From a virus (Duplodnaviria > Heunggongvirae > Uroviricota > Caudoviricetes), in IMG/VR virus record IMGVR_UViG_2563366929_000001, positions 1 to 4,692 of that record: a DNA stretch of 4,692 nt, one strand, 5' to 3'. This document shows positions 1 to 4,692 of this stretch, one piece after another. Both the position numbers and the translations under genes were made by a program. The stretch's first letter is position 1; the number at the start of each line of letters is the position of its first letter. The notes beneath the pieces are model-generated. The model searched no databases, was not told where the DNA came from, and saw only the letters and a list, made by a program, of their open reading frames with translations.

Positions 1-41
1 CGTTGACGGACTTCGGGGGAAAAACGAGTATTTTTAGTCAT
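1..41 (-). CDS. IS3-family transposase OrfA, 5' partial (first 13 codons; remainder lies outside the window)
   Basis: ATG at 41..39 on the minus strand preceded by AGAGG; translation MTKNTRFSPEVRQ matches the IS629-type OrfA N-terminus as I recall it. Mirror image of 4652-4692. Confidence 0.7.
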   Translation of the reverse strand, partial: MTKNTRFSPEVRQ

Positions 42-95
42 CCTGTTTACCTCTTTCTCAGGAAGTTTAGTCTCCAGGATTCCCGGGGCGGTTCA
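1..95 (-). mobile_element. IS3-family insertion sequence (IS629-like), inward-facing orfA-proximal end; element continues beyond the window start
   Basis: Positions 1-95 are the exact reverse complement of 4598-4692 (checked base by base). Read on the minus strand the terminus starts TGAACCGCCCCGGG at position 95, followed by a Shine-Dalgarno and ATG at 41..39. I recognise the terminus and the MTKNTRFSPEVRQ N-terminus as IS629/IS1203-type from memory; no database search was run. Confidence 0.85.
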
Positions 96-134
96 GAGGG
101 TCATTATGGTGAATATGCTGGCTTGCTGGTGGGC

Positions 135-149
135 TATTCCTGCTCTTTA
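135..149. repeat. Direct repeat copy A: TATTCCTGCTCTTTA
   Basis: 15/15 identical to 393-407 on the same strand. Flanks add similarity (GG before, C-TTGC after), giving roughly 27 bp with a few mismatches. On the minus strand it reads KEQE plus a stop codon (TAG). Confidence 0.8.
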
Positions 150-391
150 ACATTGCCATGCCGCGATGTTTTCCAGGTATGCGACCCCATTTTTGTGTGC
201 CTGTACTCTTTAAGGAATTTCTCAAGGACAAACGCACAGGGCGCGAATCTGTCTGACTCATGCTCGTACGCTATCTTTCTGCGCTGTCTTTTCCGTGCCG
301 GTGATGGTGTATTGGTTGATTCTTTGTTGGTCATGGCGCTGCCCTGTAAAATAATGCACCGTAGTTCCTCACACCACGGCACCTATAGTGG

Positions 392-697
392 TTATTCCTG
401 CTCTTTAGCTTTGCGCCGCTGGAGTTCTTCACGCGCGACGGTGACGAGTTGCCCGATTTCCTCGGCAGCTTTGACTCCGATTTTTTCCACCTGCGCTAGG
501 GCATCGAGCGAAGAAACCAGGGGATTTTCTCCGCTTCCTTCTGCCTGGCGGCGGGCGATTTCACCGCGAACGGCTGTAATCACGAAAGCGGCTATTGTTT
601 CCCCTTCCGTTTTCGAATTTTCCATTTCCTCGATTACATCATGGGGGAAGCGGATATTTTTCATTTGCGATCTGCTGTTGATGTTTCCTGTTGCCAT
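392..697 (-). CDS. Small putative DNA-binding regulator, possibly ribbon-helix-helix (Arc/CopG-like); 101 aa, or 90 aa if translation starts at the ATG at 664
   Basis: Intact ORF divergent from the rightward operon. The segment NIRFPHDVIEEMEN followed by GETIAAFVITAVRGEIARR has the strand-then-helix pattern of Arc/Mnt-type proteins (compared from memory). Neither candidate start has a strong Shine-Dalgarno, so the start is uncertain. Fold assignment is inference. Confidence 0.5.
   Translation of the reverse strand: MATGNINSRSQMKNIRFPHDVIEEMENSKTEGETIAAFVITAVRGEIARRQAEGSGENPLVSSLDALAQVEKIGVKAAEEIGQLVTVAREELQRRKAKEQE
393..407. repeat. Direct repeat copy B: TATTCCTGCTCTTTA, overlapping the last codons of the 392-697 minus-strand gene
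   Basis: 15/15 identical to 135-149. On the minus strand it encodes the C-terminal KEQE of the regulator gene; the TAA stop is at 394..392. Confidence 0.8.
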
Positions 698-718
698 CAG
701 AATGTCCGGTTATTTTGA

Positions 719-737
719 GGTGTGTACACATTACACC
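719..737. repeat. Operator-like palindrome 1 (GGTGTGTACACATTACACC), core TGTGTACACA perfectly palindromic
   Basis: Seen directly; GGTGT at 719-723 and ACACC at 733-737 flank the 10-bp palindrome. Overlaps a candidate leftward extended -10 (minus strand TGgTGTAAT, plus coordinates 730-738). Confidence 0.5.
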
Positions 738-759
738 AAAAGGTGTGTTGATAAAACAC

Positions 760-789
760 TTGACACTGTAGCACACTTAAATTTAATTT
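760..789 (+). promoter_or_regulatory. Candidate sigma70 promoter for the rightward operon: -35 TTGACA (760-765), 18-bp spacer, -10 TAATTT (784-789)
   Basis: Perfect -35 consensus. The -10 matches the consensus T, A and final T positions only. Prediction by eye, not experimentally supported. Confidence 0.35.
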
Positions 790-821
790 GTATATACACC
801 AATTGTTGTGGTGTATATACA
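789..821. repeat. Operator-like palindrome 2: 12-bp perfect inverted repeat TGTATATACACC (789-800) / GGTGTATATACA (810-821), 9-bp spacer
   Basis: Exact reverse-complement arms; sits over the predicted -10 and start region of the rightward promoter. Confidence 0.55.
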
Positions 822-887
822 GCAACGCCCCGCAGTGGTGGCACACATGCAGGGCGTCTAACCAAACCGTTAAACGAGGTAACGATT

Positions 888-1253
888 ATGGCTGGAACAC
901 AGCATACCCAAACTCACCCTAAATTTATATACACCTTCCTGGCGGTGCACCGTGATTGCATTGCTGACGGTAAAAACACTGTACACGTAGCCGCCGATAC
1001 GCTGGTTGATGCCTGCGAGATGCTCAATGACATGGGCTATATCTCGGCAACATGGAAAGGGCGCGAAGAAAACACGCTGTTTATTCAGAAATGCGAAAAC
1101 AATTTTATCTGGCGTTTTATCGCCCTGAGTACGGCACAACCGCGCGTGATTCACATCGAGGCCACCAGCGAACAGGAAGCACGCCAGCAATCTCCTGATG
1201 GCTGCGTGATGGTATTCGCTGCCCGTATTCGCCAGGAGGTGGAGCATGTGTAA
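888..1253 (+). CDS. Hypothetical protein (121 aa), first gene of the rightward operon
   Basis: ATG at 888 with GAGG 8 nt upstream (876-879). The stop TAA (1251-1253) overlaps the next gene's ATG (1246) in the 8-nt pattern ATGTGTAA. The 3..1253 ORF in the track is the same frame, but only the part from 888 is credible. No family recognised. Confidence 0.65.
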   Translation: MAGTQHTQTHPKFIYTFLAVHRDCIADGKNTVHVAADTLVDACEMLNDMGYISATWKGREENTLFIQKCENNFIWRFIALSTAQPRVIHIEATSEQEARQQSPDGCVMVFAARIRQEVEHV

Positions 1254-1470
1254 TGCAACATGGCCTGATGCAGCGGTAGACGCTATCAAAACGCTGATGG
1301 ATTCACTTATTGAGATTTCTGCTATCGCTGGTGTGGCGCATAAACACGCAGCCAGAGAATCAGAATGCATCTCCCATTATTTAGCATTTGTGCAGCTAAA
1401 AGCCGATCAGGCACTGGATAAGGCCGGAAAAATTATCATGGCTGATGTGCAGGAGGTGCACCATGCATAA
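1246..1470 (+). CDS. Hypothetical small protein (74 aa); C-terminus (DVQEVHHA) resembles that of gene 4
   Basis: ATG at 1246 with AGGAGG (1234-1239) 6 nt upstream; 8-nt overlaps with both neighbours. Confidence 0.65.
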   Translation: MCNATWPDAAVDAIKTLMDSLIEISAIAGVAHKHAARESECISHYLAFVQLKADQALDKAGKIIMADVQEVHHA

Positions 1471-1828
1471 CCTGTCAATTTCTGACCTTAACAGCATTCA
1501 GTTTGACGAGAAATTTACCGGGCAGTTGCTGGTCAATGTGGAGAACGGGCGCATAGTGCGTAATTACCACCTGCCGGATGGTGCAATTGCCGGAAGCGTT
1601 GAAGCATTGCTGGAGCTGGCGGAACGTGCGCGACTGATTAAGCCGTCAACGTGCCATCACGATGATGATCTGCATTTTACCGGGTGTATGGTGAGTCACT
1701 ACGAAAACGGCGTTGAAGTATCCTGCGAACGTCTGCGTGATGATTGCTGTTTCGGCACACTGCCGGAATTTATCGAATTGCTGACCAGTTGCGGTTATCA
1801 GGTCATTCAGGGGGGTAAACATGCGTGA
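1463..1828 (+). CDS. Hypothetical protein (121 aa) made of two tandem copies of an FTG-motif domain; the C-terminal copy is Cys/His-rich
   Basis: ATG at 1463 with AGGAGG (1451-1456) 6 nt upstream, preferred over the track's ATG at 1445, which has no Shine-Dalgarno. Internal repeat FTGQLLVNVENGRIV / FTGCMVSHYENGVEV. Stop TGA at 1826-1828 overlaps the next ATG at 1821. Confidence 0.65.
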   Translation: MHNLSISDLNSIQFDEKFTGQLLVNVENGRIVRNYHLPDGAIAGSVEALLELAERARLIKPSTCHHDDDLHFTGCMVSHYENGVEVSCERLRDDCCFGTLPEFIELLTSCGYQVIQGGKHA

Positions 1829-2054
1829 TGATCGTTTTAATTCCCTGAAACAGGAGTTTGATGGCGCACCGGAAGATACATCGGGCGCATTGTTGAGCAT
1901 TGCTGACATGATGAAAGCTGCATATTTTCTTATCAATACCAGTGGCTACAAGTCAGAGGGTGAAATGATTCTTAGTATTGCGTCGGACTATGCTGAATAT
2001 GTGGCAGAGACGCGTTACAGAAGAAAATCTCTGGAGGATGTAAGCCATGCATAA
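1821..2054 (+). CDS. Hypothetical small protein (77 aa); C-terminus (LEDVSHA) resembles that of gene 2
   Basis: ATG at 1821 preceded by GGGGGT (1811-1816); 8-nt overlap ATGCATAA with the next gene. Confidence 0.6.
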   Translation: MRDDRFNSLKQEFDGAPEDTSGALLSIADMMKAAYFLINTSGYKSEGEMILSIASDYAEYVAETRYRRKSLEDVSHA

Positions 2055-2247
2055 TCATGAAGCGCATGTACCCGTAGTGCTTAATGTGCCAGATGATTTC
2101 ACCGGACGCGTGCTGGTTTACCTGGATAAAGGGAAAGTGAAATCACAATGCCGACTGAAAAGTAATGAGATTGTTGGTTCTCCTGAATTTTTTTCTGAAC
2201 TTTGTATTCGTGCGGAAATAAAACCGGAACTGCTGACAGGAAAATAA
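2047..2247 (+). CDS. Hypothetical small protein (66 aa), single-copy FTG-motif domain paralogous to both halves of gene 3
   Basis: ATG at 2047 with GGAGGA (2033-2038) 8 nt upstream. By-eye alignment to the gene 3 N-terminal domain gives about 40% identity over ~44 residues (FTGRVLVYLDKGKV..., ...ELCIRAEIKP versus ...ELAERARLIKP). Confidence 0.65.
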   Translation: MHNHEAHVPVVLNVPDDFTGRVLVYLDKGKVKSQCRLKSNEIVGSPEFFSELCIRAEIKPELLTGK

Positions 2248-2251
2248 AACC

Positions 2252-2542
2252 ATGAAAAAGAAATATTCTGGCTTTACTGCCAGCGGCCTCTCTCGGCCTG
2301 AAATCCGCCCCGGTGATATTTTCCGGGACACCAGACGCGGGGGACGGGTGGTTATTCGTCACGTTACGCCAGGCAATATCACCTACCGCCGTGAGGCTTA
2401 CGAATATGACTGCGTAATGCCGCGCCGTCAGTTTGAGCGTGATTTTATTCTGGTGGAAAACAAACAACAGGCAGTGGCGAGACGTGCAGCCACGAATATT
2501 AAAAAAATCCGGGCAATGTTGGTTGCGGGAGGTAAGAAGTGA
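2252..2542 (+). CDS. Hypothetical basic small protein (96 aa); loosely reminiscent of DUF4222-type prophage proteins (low confidence)
   Basis: ATG at 2252, 4 nt after the previous stop, with only a weak Shine-Dalgarno (AGGA about 11 nt upstream). Stop TGA (2540-2542) overlaps the GTG start of the replication gene. The family hint comes from a remembered RPGD...RRG...V pattern, not a search. Confidence 0.55.
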   Translation: MKKKYSGFTASGLSRPEIRPGDIFRDTRRGGRVVIRHVTPGNITYRREAYEYDCVMPRRQFERDFILVENKQQAVARRAATNIKKIRAMLVAGGKK

Positions 2543-4344
2543 AAAACGCACCGAATTTAAAATATCAGCCGAAGGATAAATTCACCGAGGTAATCATTTT
2601 TGCCGGGACGGATGCTTACGCCCATGCTCAACACTGGATTGAAAGCGAAGGACGAAAACACGGCGATAACGTGCCTCCTGTTTACCTGGGGCCAAAGCAA
2701 CTGGCAGACCTGGCGAATATCCGCATTGTCGACGATGAACGCCGCTTTGCGCGTGTCTATCTCGCGGGGGAGATAGAGCCAATCCAGATCAATGCTATTG
2801 CTGAAAAGCTGGCGCTGGCTGGTGTACAGGACGCGAAATTATACAAAGGTATCACCGACCGGGAGCCGGAAAACTGGCGCGACTACCTGCAACGGATCCG
2901 CGAACAGGCAGAGAGTGGGGAAGTTTCAGCGATGAAATTAGCCACAAAAAATATTGACCTATCCAGGCCAGCACTAAATCAGATGGGAGCCAGCCAGAGA
3001 GGGGAAGTGTTACTTGAATATTATGGAAGAGCACTGGCTATAAATGATGATTCTGATGTAGTTCACCATTACAACGGAATTGTCTGGGTGCCTGTATCTG
3101 ATAAGGAACTCCAGCGGTCTATGGCGAAGATTTTTATTGATGCTGGAATCAGTTATTCGCAAAACGCCATTAAATTTGCCGTAGACACAATGAAATTGAG
3201 CCTGCCTGTTATGGGCGGGGCAGACAGGAATCTTATTGGATTCAGTAACGGGGTATTTGATACCCGGACGGGAAATTTTCGGGAGCATAACAAAAATGAC
3301 TGGTTGTTAAATGCCAGTGAATTACCGTTCAGCCCACCAGCAGAGGGGGAAACGCTGGCAACACATGCGCCGAATTTCTGGAAGTGGCTGCGTCGTTCGG
3401 TGGCAGATAATGATCGTAAAGCTGATCGCGTACTGGCGGCATTATTCATGGTACTGGCGAACCGGTACGACTGGCAGTTATTCCTTGAGGTAACAGGCCC
3501 AGGCGGAAGCGGTAAAAGTGTGATGGCTGAGATTTGTACCATGCTGGCGGGTAAGGCCAACACAGTATCGGCAAGCATGAAGGCTCTGGAAGACGCAAGG
3601 GAACGCGCGTTAGTAGTTGGCTTTTCGCTGATTATCATGCCGGATATGACTCGCTACGCTGGCGATGGTGCAGGAATTAAGGCAATTACTGGCGGCGACA
3701 AGGTGGCAATTGATCCGAAACATAAAGCCCCCTACTCCACACGTATTCCGGCAGTAGTGCTTGCGGTAAACAATAACGCCATGTCATTCAGTGACCGAAG
3801 CGGGGGGATCTCGCGTCGTAGGGTGATATTTAATTTCTCTGAGGTCGTACCGGAGAACGAACGCGATCCCATGCTGGCGGAAAAGATAGAAGGCGAACTG
3901 GCGGTAGTGATTCGCCATTTGCTAACACGATTTACCGACCAGGACGAAGCTAAAAGACTACTTTATGAGCAGCAAAAATCAGAAGAAGCGCTGTTGATAA
4001 AGCGCGAAGGTGATTCACTGGTGGACTTTTGCGGCTATCTGATGTCGTTGGTTAAATGTGAAGGAATGATGGTGGGCAATGCGGAAATAGTGCCATTTAG
4101 CCCGAGGCGATACCTGTATCATGCTTATTTAGCCTATATGTCAGCGCATGGCCTGGGAAAACCAGTATCACTGACACGCTTTGGTACTGATATGCCAGGA
4201 GCTATGGCGGAATACGGAAAGGAGTATAAGCGGGCTAAATGCACTAAAGGCCCGGATAAAGGGCGAGTGATAACAAATGTTCTGTTAGATGATGATGCTG
4301 ATGGCTGGTTGCCAGCAGCTACAGGGATTAACGACAGAACATAA
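2539..4344 (+). CDS. Replication protein with P4 alpha / D5-type SF3 helicase (NTPase) C-terminal domain; putative primase-helicase/replication initiator of the element (601 aa, GTG start)
   Basis: Walker A motif GPGGSGKS (nt 3496-3519). Downstream ITGGDKVAIDPKHK (from nt 3685) followed by VVLAVNNN resembles the conserved motifs of the phage/plasmid primase P4-family C-terminal domain as I recall them. GTG at 2539 with GGAGG (2528-2532) 6 nt upstream; the first in-frame ATG is ~130 codons downstream, so GTG is the likely start. I did not recognise a canonical Toprim EGxxD motif in the N-terminal ~320 aa. Confidence 0.85.
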   Translation: MKNAPNLKYQPKDKFTEVIIFAGTDAYAHAQHWIESEGRKHGDNVPPVYLGPKQLADLANIRIVDDERRFARVYLAGEIEPIQINAIAEKLALAGVQDAKLYKGITDREPENWRDYLQRIREQAESGEVSAMKLATKNIDLSRPALNQMGASQRGEVLLEYYGRALAINDDSDVVHHYNGIVWVPVSDKELQRSMAKIFIDAGISYSQNAIKFAVDTMKLSLPVMGGADRNLIGFSNGVFDTRTGNFREHNKNDWLLNASELPFSPPAEGETLATHAPNFWKWLRRSVADNDRKADRVLAALFMVLANRYDWQLFLEVTGPGGSGKSVMAEICTMLAGKANTVSASMKALEDARERALVVGFSLIIMPDMTRYAGDGAGIKAITGGDKVAIDPKHKAPYSTRIPAVVLAVNNNAMSFSDRSGGISRRRVIFNFSEVVPENERDPMLAEKIEGELAVVIRHLLTRFTDQDEAKRLLYEQQKSEEALLIKREGDSLVDFCGYLMSLVKCEGMMVGNAEIVPFSPRRYLYHAYLAYMSAHGLGKPVSLTRFGTDMPGAMAEYGKEYKRAKCTKGPDKGRVITNVLLDDDADGWLPAATGINDRT

Positions 4345-4371
4345 TACGAAATTTATAAGCTGAAACGTAAA

Positions 4372-4572
4372 GGTAGACGGTTGGTAGACAGATTCACTTA
4401 ACCCTCTACCAACCATCTACCAATTAATATTTTGAATTATAAAGATATTTTCAATGTGGTAGAGAGGTAGACAGTTATTTCTATATTCCTAAACCACGGG
4501 GGGTATATAAAAAACAGATAGTTAAGGGGGCATTTTTTAAATTTCTCTTTTAACTGTCTACACTGTCTACCA
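4372..4572. repeat. Iteron array and AT-rich tracts directly downstream of the replication gene; candidate origin of replication (P4 crr/ori analogue)
   Basis: GGTAGA(C/G) in forward orientation at 4372, 4383, 4458 and 4466 (two as GGTAGACAG). Reverse-complement copies at 4405-4410, 4416-4421 and a tandem 9-mer pair ACTGTCTAC at 4553-4561 and 4562-4570. Several pairs are spaced 11 bp apart, about one helical turn. AT-rich stretches at 4421-4457 and 4476-4553. Confidence 0.6.
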
Positions 4573-4597
4573 TTTAGTAAAAATCATTAATTATCAA

Positions 4598-4692
4598 TGA
4601 ACCGCCCCGGGAATCCTGGAGACTAAACTTCCTGAGAAAGAGGTAAACAGGATGACTAAAAATACTCGTTTTTCCCCCGAAGTCCGTCAACG
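4598..4692 (+). mobile_element. IS3-family insertion sequence (IS629-like), inward-facing orfA-proximal end; element continues beyond the window end
   Basis: TGAACCGCCCCGGGAATCCTGGAGACTAAACTTCC... begins at 4598, with Shine-Dalgarno AGAGG and ATG at 4652. Exact reverse complement of 1-95. Confidence 0.85.
4652..4692 (+). CDS. IS3-family transposase OrfA, 5' partial (first 13 codons)
   Basis: ATG at 4652; translation MTKNTRFSPEVRQ, then the window ends. Confidence 0.7.
   Translation, partial: MTKNTRFSPEVRQ

Larger units (their letters stand above)
698..887. promoter_or_regulatory. Divergent intergenic control region between the leftward regulator gene and the rightward operon, with operator-like palindromes
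   Basis: 190 bp, AT-rich, flanked by divergent start codons. Contains a perfect 10-bp palindrome TGTGTACACA (721-730) within GGTGTGTACACATTACACC (719-737), a 12-bp inverted repeat TGTATATACACC / GGTGTATATACA (789-800 and 810-821), and an extra GGTGTGT (743-749). All share GGTGT/ACACC half-sites. Confidence 0.55.

Noticed and set aside
134-382. 82-aa minus-strand ORF between the direct repeats (and the overlapping 67-261 minus ORF)
   Set aside because: No Shine-Dalgarno and a low-complexity, basic-rich translation. Its only notable feature is the KEQE-stop encoded by the direct repeat, so it is more likely a relic or chance ORF than a gene; the 67-261 ORF also runs into the IS terminus.
96-391. 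A tRNA or attachment site at the element boundary, as expected for P4-like integration
   Set aside because: I could not recognise a tRNA-like sequence (no acceptor stem or conserved T-loop with CCA context) here or elsewhere in the window. The boundary is probably outside the window or was removed by the IS insertions.
3-1253. 416-aa plus-strand ORF spanning the IS end, the gene-poor region and the antisense of the regulator gene
   Set aside because: It runs through the IS terminus and opposite the 392-697 gene with no start signal. Only the last 121 codons, from the ATG at 888 with a Shine-Dalgarno, form a plausible gene; the rest is a stop-free frame by chance.
870-1370. 166-aa minus-strand ORF antisense to genes 1 and 2
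   Set aside because: Fully embedded antisense to the coupled plus-strand genes, which have Shine-Dalgarno sequences and operon context. No independent start signal.
1445-1828. Upstream ATG at 1445 as the start of gene 3 (as in the ORF track)
   Set aside because: The ATG at 1463 has a perfect AGGAGG 6 nt upstream and reproduces the ATGCATAA overlap seen at the gene 4/5 junction; the ATG at 1445 has no Shine-Dalgarno. The 1445 start cannot be fully excluded.
1646-2551. Minus-strand ORFs 1646-1936, 2099-2551 and 2143-2331 antisense to genes 3-6
   Set aside because: Same reasoning: antisense to a tightly coupled operon, no ribosome-binding sites, compositionally odd translations.
2594-3638. Minus-strand ORFs (2594-2782, 2852-3034, 3010-3288, 3153-3638) and the plus-strand 3311-3493 ORF inside the replication gene
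   Set aside because: All lie within the 601-aa gene, whose frame carries the Walker A and P4-family motifs. These are alternative-frame or antisense artefacts.
4345-4372. Rho-independent terminator after the replication gene
   Set aside because: No GC-rich hairpin followed by a T-tract in the 30 bp after the stop codon; the iteron array begins almost immediately.
4372-4572. Possibility that the short repeats are a CRISPR array
   Set aside because: Repeat units are only 6-9 bp, occur in both orientations with irregular spacing, and there are no 25-40-bp repeats with unique spacers. The pattern fits iterons, not CRISPR.

Overview
This 4,692-bp window looks like the early/replication module of a P4-like satellite or integrative element, bracketed by two inverted copies of an IS3-family insertion sequence that I recognise as IS629-like. 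Nothing here was confirmed by database search; family assignments rest on motifs I recognise and on the sequence itself. Positions 1-95 and 4598-4692 are exact reverse complements of each other. Each contains the IS terminus (TGAACCGCCCCGGG...) and the first 13 codons of the transposase OrfA (MTKNTRFSPEVRQ), with the orfA-proximal ends facing inward. Between them lie: (i) a 296-bp region with no convincing gene but a 15-bp exact direct repeat (135-149 and 393-407); (ii) a leftward gene (392-697) for a small, possibly ribbon-helix-helix, regulator; (iii) a 190-bp divergent control region with two operator-like palindromes; (iv) a rightward operon of seven tightly coupled genes (888-4344). Six of these are small proteins of unknown function, and the last is a 601-aa replication protein with a Walker A motif (GPGGSGKS) and a C-terminal domain resembling the P4 alpha / poxvirus D5 SF3 helicase family. 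Four consecutive junctions in the operon share the same 8-nt overlap (ATGNNTRA). The small proteins include a ~45-55-aa FTG-motif domain present three times (twice in gene 3, once in gene 5), and genes 2 and 4 have similar C-termini, suggesting a duplicated two-gene module. Downstream of the replication gene (4372-4572) is an array of at least eight GGTAGA(C/G) iteron-like repeats in both orientations, interspersed with AT-rich DNA, which I propose as the cognate origin. No tRNA, rRNA or CRISPR array was seen.
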